From Pirellulales bacterium (GTDB lineage Bacteria > Planctomycetota > Planctomycetia > Pirellulales > JAICIG01), in NCBI GenBank assembly GCA_040901675.1, contig JBBDYJ010000039.1, positions 1-64,000 on the forward strand: a DNA stretch of 64,000 nucleotides, written 5' to 3'. The notes under the pieces are model-generated. The model did not search any database, was not told where the DNA came from, and saw nothing but the letters and a program-made list of their open reading frames with translations. Made by a program: the position numbers and the translations under genes. Positions 32,896 through 42,500 of the stretch are shown piece after piece. The stretch's first letter is position 1; each line of letters begins with the position of its first letter.

Positions 32896-33336
32896 GTGGA
32901 ACCATCGAGCGAGAATCCAAACCGGTCGCCGCGGGGCCGCTTTGCTCCGGTTGTTTCTGAGCAGTTTGGCTGGGGGTCGGCCAGCGCGTCGTTTACCTTC
33001 GGTGATACCGTGGTTCACACGGTGACCGTCGTTATGTCTTTAAATACGGGGCTCGAGGTCTACCTCGTTGACGGCCAGGAAGTACTCCGGCGTCGAAGCT
33101 TTGCCCCGTGGGGCTCACGGCGCTTCAGCATCGAGGGACCGGAGCCCCATCAAGTTGAGATCCGCGTCAAGTGCTTCCCCCTTTCCTCCCAGGCACGAGT
33201 TGATGGCGAACTGATCATAAACGATCTGTTCCCCAGATTTCGCAACGCCGCCATCGTGGCAGTCGTCGTGGGTGGCGCAGGTGCCATAGCAGTCGGCTGG
33301 GCACTTGGCCTGGCCGCGCGGTTCTTCTTCGGGTGA
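32896..33336 (+). CDS. Hypothetical protein with a C-terminal TM
   Basis: Beta-rich ORF (EVYLVDG, ARVDG) ending in a hydrophobic helix. Confidence 0.55.
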   Translation: MEPSSENPNRSPRGRFAPVVSEQFGWGSASASFTFGDTVVHTVTVVMSLNTGLEVYLVDGQEVLRRRSFAPWGSRRFSIEGPEPHQVEIRVKCFPLSSQARVDGELIINDLFPRFRNAAIVAVVVGGAGAIAVGWALGLAARFFFG

Positions 33337-33534
33337 ACGGCGGCCGGAAATACCGCTACAATCCCCCTCGCCGCCGATTTTGACAGCCGCAAAACGCGAA
33401 CTAGGGTTTACCTGGGACCGCAACCAATAGGTCCTTCACGTCGCGTCAGTTCACTTCCGCGGATGCCGGCCGGTAAGGGCCGACACAAGTCGTTTCTGCA
33501 AGATGCCTCCCAGCCGGGAGACAGGAGGACCCAC

Positions 33535-34185
33535 ATGTGCAAGAGAATGGCAGCATTGATTGCGTTGTCGTCGGCCATCGTTCTGTTGTCGCCTGACATC
33601 AGCCAGGCCGGCAAAGGTGGCCGAGGGGGCGGCGGCAAAGGGCGCGGCGGGGGAGGCCCGTCGGCGAAGGGGCGTTGGTCCGGTCCATCGCGGAGCGATT
33701 TCCGAGGCGCCCCGAAGACCCGGATGCCACGCGATTTCGAATACTCTCATAAAAAGCCCACGCGGTCATCGGCGGACACCTGGCAGCCCGGCGATAAGTT
33801 TGGACCCCGGATCAGCCAGCAAGCTCGCGACAAGGCTGGCCGCCTCGACGCCGACGGCGATGGCGTTGATGATTATCGCAACTTTGGCGAGCGAGTGAGC
33901 GAACAGGCGCACGAGCGCAACGCCGCGCGGAAGCAGGCGCGCCGGCAGCAGGAAGCTTTGCACGACGAGCTCCCGGACGGAGAGACGCCGGAGCTGGAAG
34001 AGTGGCATCCTCGCAACTTCGGCGAGCACATCAGCCGCCTGGCCCGTGACAAGGCTGGCCGCCTCGACCTCGACGGCGACGGCATCGACGACTTCCGGAA
34101 CTTCGGCGAGCGCGTGCGGCACGAAGCTCTGGAGTGGGAGTCGCGGTTCGCCGAGGACGCTTGGGGCGAAGTCGAGAGCGACTAG
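33535..34185 (+). CDS. Secreted hypothetical protein with two DxDGDG-containing repeats
   Basis: AGGAGG SD, signal peptide, Gly-rich linker, repeat RDKAGRLD(A/L)DGDG(V/I)DD(Y/F)RNFGERV x2. Confidence 0.7.
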   Translation: MCKRMAALIALSSAIVLLSPDISQAGKGGRGGGGKGRGGGGPSAKGRWSGPSRSDFRGAPKTRMPRDFEYSHKKPTRSSADTWQPGDKFGPRISQQARDKAGRLDADGDGVDDYRNFGERVSEQAHERNAARKQARRQQEALHDELPDGETPELEEWHPRNFGEHISRLARDKAGRLDLDGDGIDDFRNFGERVRHEALEWESRFAEDAWGEVESD

Positions 34186-34303
34186 CGGGGGCAACGACGC
34201 GAAGGGGGGAAGGGGCGAGCGGGGGAAGGGGGGATACAGGGACGGCCCTGGCCGTCACTGAGCCCTCCATGCCCCGCGGCCGCGCCTCTCCCGCGATGCC
34301 TGC

Positions 34304-34406
34304 GGACCGGATAAATCCGGTCACTACGAACGGCTTCGCGGATATCGGGACTGACGCGCCCGGCGGGGTGCCTTGGGACCGGATCAATCCGGTCACTACG
34401 AACGGC
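34304..34406 (-). repeat. Two GTAG-type REP elements
   Basis: Minus strand reads GTAG-T-GACCGGAT-tt/tg-ATCCGGTC at 34304-34334 and 34376-34406; 31-bp copies with 1 mismatch. Confidence 0.8.
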
Positions 34407-35847
34407 CTGGCTCGTCGAGGTGCTTGAGCTCGCCTGGCGCGGGGGCGAACTTGCGGGCGATCGTCCGGCGGACGTGGCGGTCGTCGATGCGGGTGAGGCG
34501 CCAGGCGATCCACCAAAGAGCGGCGGTGACGATCACGAACAGCGCGCCGGCCAGCGCGGCGGGCACCGCCGAACCGGGCGGCGGTGGACCAATCCACTCC
34601 GCCTCGCGCCCGATCAGCAGGGGCGCCCATTGGCGCGCGTCCGGCCCTTTGGTCTTCGACTCCTCGGAGCGATAAGTCCAGACCTTGAGGAAGAAGGCGG
34701 CGATCCGCACCGGCTCGGAGATCCGCTCGCCGCCGGGCATCCCCCCGGGCAGCTCTCGCACGCAGAACACCATGGGAAAGCTGCTCCGAAGCTGGCCATC
34801 AACGTTCAGCAGCTCCTCGAGCTCGACGGAGACTTCCACCTCGTAATAGTGGTCGATGCCGAAACGCTCGACGATGTCCGGATCTTCCACCCTGACCGGC
34901 AACGCCCGCCGGGCCGTGCCCGCGAACGACAGCAGCTTGCCCGCATGTTGGCGCGGGTTTTGAAGCAGTGGGATGACTCGATCGCGCCGCCCCGCCGTGA
35001 GCCGCGGCAAATCGCCGGCGCCGGCACGCCCCGCGGCCGCCAGCAACTGGTAAAAGCACTCGAGGTCCGAGAAGTCTTTTTCGGCCCCGGGCGCCGACTG
35101 CGTGATAGCCCCGCGCGGCAGGACCTGGTCGAACAGCCCCACGTCCATCTTCAAGTCGCCCAGCACGTTCTTGGGATACCAGGCCACGCGCTGGGCGGCA
35201 AAGATCGGCTGCGGCCCGGATTCATCGCCGGAAAGCTTCAGAAAAAAGCCCCGCACGCTCACGCGTTCATCGACGGGCGCGTCGAGCTTCCACTGCCGAG
35301 GCACCGCCAGCGCGTACACCGTGGCCGGGGACGCCGGCTCGCCGATTTCCAGCCGGCAGCGATAGACGCGCGCCAGGTCGAAGCGAGTCAGCATCTCGGC
35401 GGGCAGCTCGGCCGGCGCGACGTGGGTCACGCGTCCCGACAGCTCGAAGATGTTGCCCCGCTGGTGCTGGGGATCGGCTGCCAACCGCCGGGGCGACGCG
35501 CCGTCGAGCTTCCAGCGATCGATGTCGAGCAGTGAAAACCGGCGTACGGCGGCGAGGATCCGCAGCAGCGGCTCGCGCTCGTCGTCGGTCAGTGGGCCGC
35601 CGTCGGCCAGCGCGTCGAAGACCGCGTCGCCGGCGCCGAACAGGTCGAGCAGCTCGCGGGGTCCGGAAACGCCTTTCGTCGCGGCGCCCGCGGCGGGCGA
35701 CTCTTGACCGCCCAGCGCGGCCGGGCCGGCAGAGCCCGCCACGGCGACCCAAAGCAAAGCGGCGGCCAGCGCGCCGGCCCATCCGAGGGCGGAGAGCCTG
35801 GCTCGGCCCGCGGCGCGGCTAGCTCGAAGCATCGGGTGAAGGCTCAT
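34396..35847 (-). CDS. Hypothetical exported protein with a C-terminal TM
   Basis: Signal-like N-terminus, two internal ...G-x-F(F/L)K... repeats, APLLIGR and a C-terminal TM; resembles its neighbour. Confidence 0.7.
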   Translation of the reverse strand: MSLHPMLRASRAAGRARLSALGWAGALAAALLWVAVAGSAGPAALGGQESPAAGAATKGVSGPRELLDLFGAGDAVFDALADGGPLTDDEREPLLRILAAVRRFSLLDIDRWKLDGASPRRLAADPQHQRGNIFELSGRVTHVAPAELPAEMLTRFDLARVYRCRLEIGEPASPATVYALAVPRQWKLDAPVDERVSVRGFFLKLSGDESGPQPIFAAQRVAWYPKNVLGDLKMDVGLFDQVLPRGAITQSAPGAEKDFSDLECFYQLLAAAGRAGAGDLPRLTAGRRDRVIPLLQNPRQHAGKLLSFAGTARRALPVRVEDPDIVERFGIDHYYEVEVSVELEELLNVDGQLRSSFPMVFCVRELPGGMPGGERISEPVRIAAFFLKVWTYRSEESKTKGPDARQWAPLLIGREAEWIGPPPPGSAVPAALAGALFVIVTAALWWIAWRLTRIDDRHVRRTIARKFAPAPGELKHLDEPGRS

Positions 35848-35856
35848 GAGGTTTTT

Positions 35857-36858
35857 TTAATCCGTCTCTCTGCCTTCTGACCCCTGACCCCCTGACGCCT
35901 GACTCCCGGCTCCTGGCTGTTCGCGGGCCAGCCGATTGAGCTCGTGCCGCAGCCGTTTTTCGGCCTCGAGGTCGGCGGCCGGTTTTCTGAAGGCGCAGCG
36001 CGCCCGGCGCGGCGTGCGAGCCACGATCAACAGCACAACCGCCAGGCTCAAGCCGAAAGCAAGCAGGACGGCGCTGCTGATTCCCATGTTGGCGGCGGGC
36101 TCGGCGGGCCGCGCGGCGGGCGGCGGCTCCCAGTGCACGTTGCGGGCCAGGATCAGCGGAGCCGTGCGGATGCCGTCGCCGGCCAGGTAGGCCCAGCGCT
36201 TGTAGAAGAAACCGCTCAGCTCGATCGGTTCGTCGAAGTCGGCCGTTTCGTTGGGCCGCATGCGGCCGGCCAGGCCGCGCGGCGGCTCGAGGCACCAGGC
36301 CACCAGCGGGTCGGCCTCGTCGGCCGGCTGGATCCAGAGTTGAAAGAACTCGCCGATGCCATAATCGTTGGCGGCGGCCTGCAGCCGCGAACCGCGCCGC
36401 AGCACGCCGCGGATGCTCACCAGGTCGCCCCGGTACTCGCGCGGCTGCGCGAACAACTGCGAGCGGGTGACGAGCCCCGTGCTGGCCTGGTCGATCGCTT
36501 CGGCCGGCGTGTCGGCCAGGATCCGGAGCAAATGATAGAAAGCGTCGGCCTCGTCGGAGCGAAACGGGGTGTCGTCGCGCACGTCGCGCAGCAGCTCGGC
36601 TCGGACGCCGGGAAAAAGCAGATCGCGACCACCCGGCCGCGCCGGAGCCTTGGCGGCCCGCTCGACCACGGCACCGCCGTCGCGGGCGACATTGCCGCCC
36701 GCGGCCCAGAGCCATTGCCAGCGCTCGGCCCGGCCGGCCTGACCGATCAGCAGCATCACCAGCCCCAGCGACAGGACCAGAAACAACAGCCGCCGCTGCT
36801 CGCGGCGACCGAGATAGTTGGGCGGGCGCTTGCTGCGTTTGGCGGAAAAATTGAGCAC
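35857..36858 (-). CDS. Hypothetical membrane protein related to the downstream ORF
   Basis: N- and C-terminal TMs, EYRGDLV...GFFYKRWAY...APLILAR; start uncertain. Confidence 0.7.
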   Translation of the reverse strand: MLNFSAKRSKRPPNYLGRREQRRLLFLVLSLGLVMLLIGQAGRAERWQWLWAAGGNVARDGGAVVERAAKAPARPGGRDLLFPGVRAELLRDVRDDTPFRSDEADAFYHLLRILADTPAEAIDQASTGLVTRSQLFAQPREYRGDLVSIRGVLRRGSRLQAAANDYGIGEFFQLWIQPADEADPLVAWCLEPPRGLAGRMRPNETADFDEPIELSGFFYKRWAYLAGDGIRTAPLILARNVHWEPPPAARPAEPAANMGISSAVLLAFGLSLAVVLLIVARTPRRARCAFRKPAADLEAEKRLRHELNRLAREQPGAGSQASGGQGSEGRETD

Positions 36859-36972
36859 GATGCCGACTGTCGGAATATGGTGCTGTTTCGAGGCCGAAAG
36901 CCGCGGACGGGAACACTTGATTCTATGCGGCGATCGGCGGGCCAACAAGTTTGGCGGGAGCCGGGTAGTGTC

Positions 36973-37446
36973 CTAAGAGTGTGTTGCTGGGCTCTCTGGC
37001 TTGCGCTTGTCCCGATGAACTCGGCCAAGCACAAAGATCGAAACAAGGCCCGTCAGGCCGCTACCGCCTATCACGGAGCCGGCGACTTCTGCGCCTAGAG
37101 ATGCGGCCACCGTGCCGCCGACGATGGCAGCCACGCCGATTGCCAAGCCGCACAGTTGCCCGCGCTTGGTTTCCGTGCGCTGGGCCTTTTGTTCTTCGAC
37201 CTGGGCTTCAACTGCTCTGGCTTCCAGTGCCTGACGGTGCGTGGCCTGCCCTTCCGCCATTGCAATAATCCTGCCGGCGGCCCCAGGAGAAACCTGATCG
37301 TACTGGCCTAGCACTTCTGGCGGGGGTAGGGGGCCAGCAAAACTCGTCCTGATCTGCTGGATGCGCGTTTCATGCGACTCGCGCTGCGGTCTGGTGGCAG
37401 GCAAATGTGGAGAGGCCGGTTCGCGTCGTCGCTTACCCTTCGACAT
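36973..37446 (-). CDS. DUF2335 membrane protein (passenger gene)
   Basis: FAGPLPPPEVLGQY...PGAAGRIIAMAE..HR motif and two TMs. Confidence 0.8.
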   Translation of the reverse strand: MSKGKRRREPASPHLPATRPQRESHETRIQQIRTSFAGPLPPPEVLGQYDQVSPGAAGRIIAMAEGQATHRQALEARAVEAQVEEQKAQRTETKRGQLCGLAIGVAAIVGGTVAASLGAEVAGSVIGGSGLTGLVSIFVLGRVHRDKRKPESPATHS

Positions 37447-37636
37447 GCTCGTGTTGTGATTCGTACTCCGCAATAGCGGCGTACAGGTCATCTCCGACAG
37501 CTTGCCAGTCCAATCGCAGGGACTCGGCGTCCGAGCGGGCGATAATCTCTTGGGCTACGTGGCTGGTTTGTGGTGGGGGCAGGATGGCCAGCACCGAACC
37601 TAAGCCCCTGAAGAAGCACTTCAAGCGATTTGCCAT
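37433..37636 (-). CDS. Small hypothetical protein overlapping the DUF2335 gene
   Basis: 67 aa, SDAESLRLDWQAVGDDL; 14-bp overlap with the next gene. Confidence 0.55.
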   Translation of the reverse strand: MANRLKCFFRGLGSVLAILPPPQTSHVAQEIIARSDAESLRLDWQAVGDDLYAAIAEYESQHEHVEG

Positions 37637-37787
37637 GATTGGATTGTCCGCCGGAAAAACGCCCACACTTGCGAATCGGCCATCAATGGCGCTTGAAAAC
37701 GGTTGCCTCCCCTGCGTCTAACGCAATTGTACCGCGCCCAAAGCCTACAGGGGGCGGGAATCCAGGTCAACGCCCTTAGCCGCCAGC

Positions 37788-38354
37788 CTACGTGCCGAGA
37801 ACCGCCGCGAATAGCTCGTCAAAGCTCCAGACGTGGCCGGCGAGCCCCGCCATCATGGCCGCCGAGGGCCGCTTCTGGCCTGACTTGCCCGGCTTCCGGG
37901 TTTGCCAGCAGTAGTTGTAATAGGGCGCGAACATCCCGAAGGCCGCTTCCAGGTTGGCCAGTTTCTTGGAGAAGCACAGCGTAAGCCGGTTGAGTCGCTT
38001 CAGGAAGACCCGCTGGGTTCCGTTGAGCCGCTCGACATGGCTGCTGCATATCGTCCGCTGCTGGCGGCCGGATATGCCGCGAATCCCGCGGCGCCGGGTT
38101 CCGACCATTTCGGACGGGGTGTAGATCATGCGGGCGTTTCGGTATTCCTTGCGGATCGTCCCAAACCGCACGTATGGCCCGAAAGCCAGGTCAACGGCCT
38201 CGGGGTACGCCGCGAAGCAATCCGTGCTGATCTGGACGATGGGGCGGTATCCTTCGGCGCCGAAGGCGTGGGCGTCGATGCAGGTCCAAGGGTAAAGGTC
38301 ACCCAGCTCGTGGGATTCATGGCGTTTGAAGATACCTGGCAGTGGGACCAGCAC
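37788..38354 (-). pseudogene. 5'-truncated IS1-family transposase fragment
   Basis: QISTD..AY, SHVERLN...RLNRLTLCFSKK, YYNY, AMMAGL..HVWS; lacks the N-terminal Zn-finger/HTH and the first catalytic Asp region. Confidence 0.8.
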
Positions 38355-38370
38355 CCGCTAAGCTGAACCC

Positions 38371-38499
38371 ATGGCCCGCCCCTTCCAATTTCGCCTGCGG
38401 ACGATGTTCTGGCTGGTGCTGGTGGCTGCGGTCATCTGCGTCGCGGGGCTACCACTGGGCCGGATAATATTCTACCTCCTGTTCACTGCCTGGCGTTAA
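38371..38499 (+). CDS. 42-aa membrane peptide with an FQFRL motif (below the ORF-track cutoff)
   Basis: Hand translation MARPFQFRLRTMFWLVLVAAVICVAGLPLGRIIFYLLFTAWR. Confidence 0.55.
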   Translation: MARPFQFRLRTMFWLVLVAAVICVAGLPLGRIIFYLLFTAWR

Positions 38500-38502
38500 G
38501 CC

Positions 38503-38733
38503 GTGCTCCTTGCCGACCAGCCCGACGACCGCCAGGCCGAGAACCCGTACCGGGCGCCGCGGGAGTCTGGAAAGCAGCCGCGGGAGTCTGGAAAGCAGCA
38601 AGGGCCCTGGTTCTGGCTGCGGCTGAAGGATCGACTTTGGCTGCTTGCCGTTGGGCTCGCGGTGTGGCTGGCGCTCCTTTCAGCCGCTTGGGCAGCCGGT
38701 TGGGCAATGGATGTTCTAGCGAGGCTTTTCTAG
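38503..38733 (+). CDS. Small membrane protein with an NPYxAP motif
   Basis: ENPYRAP, a 21-bp in-frame tandem duplication (38556-38597) and a C-terminal TM. Confidence 0.5.
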   Translation: MLLADQPDDRQAENPYRAPRESGKQPRESGKQQGPWFWLRLKDRLWLLAVGLAVWLALLSAAWAAGWAMDVLARLF

Positions 38734-38787
38734 CCGACCCGCCAGCAACACACTCTTAGGACACTACCGGGAGCCGCCGCCGGAGTT

Positions 38788-38946
38788 GTAGCAGAACTCA
38801 CCAGAGTTCTGGGGCACAGGCCGACGGCCCGAATTCTGGCGAATCCGGCTACGGAGGAAGTGGAGGCGCGGCCCGAATTCTGGCGAATCCGGCTACGAGA
38901 TCGACGCACAGTTCGACGGCCCGAATTCGGGCGAAATCCGGCTACG
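38788..38946. repeat. Cluster of four GTAG-type REP elements
   Basis: GTAG-CAGAACTC-acca-GAGTTCTG on +, then three copies of cccgaattc(t/g)ggcgaa(a)tccggctacg on - (GTAG-CCGGATT...GAATTCGG). Confidence 0.78.
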
Positions 38947-39288
38947 AGAAAGCGAGAGGCAGGGGCCGGTTCTGCCGGTCGTTGGGTATTTGCCGGAGAA
39001 GTCGGCGGCGCGACGGTTTCCGCAGCGGCGACAAGCCGTTAGTTCCTTGCTTCGGCCCCGGGCAGCCTATAAGCTGGAAACGGTGGGCAGGGTACGAGAA
39101 ACGACTTTGTGGCGAGCAACTGGAGCATCCGGGTGCGCCGGGCCTGCCCGAGCACCCGGCCAGCGCCCACGAACCGTTTCGCGGCAGGCGGATCCGGAAC
39201 CCGCCGGGCGCGAGAGCCGTCCACCGACGTTTTCGAGAACTTCGGCATTTCTCCCTAGAGCGCGTTTCGCATTGCGAGGTGGACAAGG

Positions 39289-42200
39289 ATGAACATCGCC
39301 CTGGTTCGCAGGGGCTGGCCTGCCTTTCGGGCCCGCTGCCTCTTGGCGCCGCTGGTGCTGGCCTCGCTGGCCCTGCTCCCCTCGGGCCAGGCCGCGGCCG
39401 CGGAACAATACGAGCGGTTCCTCAGCGGGCTGCGGGAGCGGCGGCTGTACGACATGGCCCTGGAATACCTGGAGTCGATGCGGGCCAGCCCGCTGGTGAC
39501 GGCCGAGCAGCGGCAGACCATGCCCTACGAGGAAGGGCGGATCCTGGTCGAAAGCGCCCGTGAAGAGCGCGACTTGACGGCCCGCACCAAGCTGTTGGAC
39601 CGGGCCCGCGACCGGTTCCAGGAGTTCATCCGGGCCAACTCCGCGCATCCGTTGTCGGCCAGCGCCGAGGCCCAACTGGGGCAGGTGCTCGTCGAGCGCG
39701 CCCGGGGCCTGATATTCCAATCGCAGCGGCCGGTCAACGCGGCCCGCCAAGACGCAATGGTGAACCAGGCCCGCGAGCTGCTCACCGGGGCCCAGGCGGT
39801 GTTCACCGCGGCCGAGCAGAAGTTCGAAGCTCGGCTGAATCAATATCCCAAGTTCATCGACCCCAAGCAGGCCCAGCAGATCGAGGAGCGCGAACAGGCG
39901 CGGATGGATCTGATCCAGGCCCGACTGCTGGCCGGCGGCGTGGTGTACGAAATCGCCAAGACCCAGCCCGCCGGCTCGGAGGAAGCCAAGAAGCAACTGC
40001 AGGCGGCCGCCGACAAGTTCGGCAGCATTTATGAGAAGTACCGTAACCGCCTGGCCGGACTGCTGGCGCGGGTGAAACAGGGGCAGTGTTACCAGGACAT
40101 GGGCGACACGAAGCGGGCGTTGGGTTTCTATAGCGAGATCCTCAGCCAGCCCGAAGAGCTCGACGAGTTCCGCAAGCTGAAGGCGACCGCGCTGCACCTC
40201 ACGCTGCAATGTTTGACCAGCGACCAGGAGAAGAAGCACGAAGAAGCGATCGCCCGCGGAAAGGAGTGGCTCGCCGGCGCCCGCGGCGCCGAAGAGCGCT
40301 ACCCCGACTGGCTGGCCGTGCGCTACTACCTGGCCCTGGCGCACAAGTCGCACGCCGACGCGCTCGATCCCAAGGAAACGGCCAAACGCAAGTCTTCGCT
40401 GGCCGAGGCCCGCAAGCACGCCAATTTTGTCGGCAAGCATGGGGGCGAGTACCGCGATGCCGCCCGCAAGCTGTTCCAGCAGTTGGCCGGCCTCGACGAC
40501 GAGGCAGTGCAGGAGCCGGCCACGTTTGCCGACGCCCGCGACCGCGGGCAGGAGGCGCTCGACGTGTCGCAGGCATTGCTGGCCAAGATACGCATGGCAC
40601 CGGCCGTCAACGACCAGGCTTCGGTCCCGGTCTACGAGCAGCAAATGCACCAGGCCCGCGAGCGGGCCGAGAACCTGTTGCGGCTGGCCCTGGAGCTGCG
40701 CGACGAAACGACGCCGATCGAAGACGTCAACCTGGTCCGCTATTACCTGGCGTTTCTGGCGTACCACTCGGGCGACTTTTACGACGCGGCCGTGCTGGGC
40801 GGGTTCGTGGCGACCAAGTATCCCAGCGGGCCGGCGGCCCGGCAGGCGGCCAAGATCGCCATGGCCTCGTATGCCGAGTCGTATCGCACGTCACCCGCCG
40901 ACCAGCGCGACTTCGACCGAGAGCAGATGGTCGAGATCGCCGAGTTCATCACCCGCCGTTGGCCCAGCGAGGTCGAGGCGGACGAAGCCTGGACGCTGTT
41001 GATGTCGATCGCGGTCAACGAGCACCAGTTGGACAGGGCCTTGGAGTACCTGGGCCATATCGCGGCCGACTCGCCCCGCCGCGGCGAGGCGGAGCTTAAG
41101 GCCGGGCAGGCCTTGTGGGGTGCTTACCTGGAGGCGGCCCGCCAGGAAGCCGAAGCCCGGGCCCCGCAGGCTGAGATCGACCAGATCAAGTCGCGGGCCC
41201 GCGAGACGCTGGCCGGCGGCATCCAGCGGATGCGGGCCGCGGTCGATTCGGGCCAGGGCCAGGTGGATGCGACGCTGGCGGCGGCCATGCTGTCGCTGGG
41301 GCAGATCGAGGTCGACTCGGGCCAGCCGGAAAAAGCGCTCGAGTTGCTGAACGATCCGAAGGTCGGACCGATGACGCTGCTGGTGAACAAGAGCCCGGCG
41401 GTGGCCGAAGGCAACTTCGCCGTGGAAACGTACAAGCTGGCGCTGCGGGCCTACGTGGCGACCGAGGCCTTGGACAAGGCCGAAGCGACGATGAACGAGC
41501 TGGAGTCGGCCGTGGGCGCCACGGGCGACACGAGCGCGGCGAGCCTTTTGACCCGCACGTACATCAGGCTCGGCCAGGAGCTGGAGCAGCAAGTGAGCCG
41601 GCTGCGGCAGGAGAACAAGGCCGAGGAGCTGGCCAAGGTCACGAAAGGATTCGAGTTGTTCCTGGAGCGGATTTCGAGCCGCGAGACGGGCAACACGTTC
41701 CGCTCGCTGAATTGGGTGGCCGAGACGTTCTTCAGCCTGGGCAGCGGCTACGACGCGGGCGGACAGCAGGTGTCGGACGAGGCGAAGGCCTATTACGAGA
41801 AGGCCTACCACACCGACGAGAAGATCCTGTCCGCGGCCGAGGCGGACAGCCGGTTCGCCCCGGGCGACGCCTTGTTGGCGGTGCGGCTGCGGATGGCCCG
41901 GACCCAGCGGCGCCTGGGCGAGTTTTTGAAGGCGGTGAACCTGCTGGTTTCGGTGCTGGAGGAAAAGCCGCAATTGATCGACGCCCAGCGCGAGGCGGCC
42001 CGCACCTACCAGGAATGGGGCCGCAAGAAGGCCGGCTACTACGGGCTGGCCATCGCCGGCGCCCGCAAAGTGAAGGGCGCCGCGGGCAGGGAAGAGAACG
42101 TCATCTGGGGCTGGAACCGGCTGGCGATCATGGTGCAGCGCGACAAGCGCTTCAGCGACGTGTTCCACGAGGCCCGCTACAACCTGGCGCAAAGCCGTTT

Positions 42201-42474
42201 TGACCTGGCGATGGCGGCGGACGGGTCGAACAAGATCGAAGGGTTGAGAAGGGCCGAGTTCGACATCCTGCTCACTTCCCGCCTGCGTCCCGACATGGGA
42301 GGCGACGAGTGGCGCAAGAAGTACGACGCGCTGCTGCGGACGATTCAGCAGGCCCAGGGGCAAAGGCCAACGGGACTGCCGGCCGAGCGAGTGCAGTCGC
42401 GGCAGCCGCCCGACACGCAAGGGGAAACCAGGCCGGCCGGCCCGCAGGTGACTTCCAGGCCGACCGTCAAGTAA
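39289..42474 (+). CDS. Large exported TPR-like alpha-solenoid protein
   Basis: Signal peptide, helical repeats, 1061 aa; upstream of exbB/exbD. Confidence 0.8.
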   Translation: MNIALVRRGWPAFRARCLLAPLVLASLALLPSGQAAAAEQYERFLSGLRERRLYDMALEYLESMRASPLVTAEQRQTMPYEEGRILVESAREERDLTARTKLLDRARDRFQEFIRANSAHPLSASAEAQLGQVLVERARGLIFQSQRPVNAARQDAMVNQARELLTGAQAVFTAAEQKFEARLNQYPKFIDPKQAQQIEEREQARMDLIQARLLAGGVVYEIAKTQPAGSEEAKKQLQAAADKFGSIYEKYRNRLAGLLARVKQGQCYQDMGDTKRALGFYSEILSQPEELDEFRKLKATALHLTLQCLTSDQEKKHEEAIARGKEWLAGARGAEERYPDWLAVRYYLALAHKSHADALDPKETAKRKSSLAEARKHANFVGKHGGEYRDAARKLFQQLAGLDDEAVQEPATFADARDRGQEALDVSQALLAKIRMAPAVNDQASVPVYEQQMHQARERAENLLRLALELRDETTPIEDVNLVRYYLAFLAYHSGDFYDAAVLGGFVATKYPSGPAARQAAKIAMASYAESYRTSPADQRDFDREQMVEIAEFITRRWPSEVEADEAWTLLMSIAVNEHQLDRALEYLGHIAADSPRRGEAELKAGQALWGAYLEAARQEAEARAPQAEIDQIKSRARETLAGGIQRMRAAVDSGQGQVDATLAAAMLSLGQIEVDSGQPEKALELLNDPKVGPMTLLVNKSPAVAEGNFAVETYKLALRAYVATEALDKAEATMNELESAVGATGDTSAASLLTRTYIRLGQELEQQVSRLRQENKAEELAKVTKGFELFLERISSRETGNTFRSLNWVAETFFSLGSGYDAGGQQVSDEAKAYYEKAYHTDEKILSAAEADSRFAPGDALLAVRLRMARTQRRLGEFLKAVNLLVSVLEEKPQLIDAQREAARTYQEWGRKKAGYYGLAIAGARKVKGAAGREENVIWGWNRLAIMVQRDKRFSDVFHEARYNLAQSRFDLAMAADGSNKIEGLRRAEFDILLTSRLRPDMGGDEWRKKYDALLRTIQQAQGQRPTGLPAERVQSRQPPDTQGETRPAGPQVTSRPTVK

Positions 42475-42500
42475 GTCGCAAGCAAATCGAGGAGCGTGCA

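Larger units (their letters stand above)
36964..38768. mobile_element. Non-autonomous IS1-family-derived element carrying passenger genes (1805 bp)
   Basis: Perfect 27-bp terminal IRs GGTAGTGTCCTAAGAGTGTGTTGCTGG (36964-36990 / 38742-38768), an 8-bp direct repeat GGGAGCCG at 36956-36963 and 38769-38776, and an internal IS1-like transposase remnant. Confidence 0.92.

Noticed and set aside
38788..38946. Short repeats with unique spacers resembling a mini CRISPR array (also 34304-34406)
   Set aside because: Only 2-4 units, mixed orientation, irregular or short spacers, GTAG+palindrome REP architecture and no cas genes
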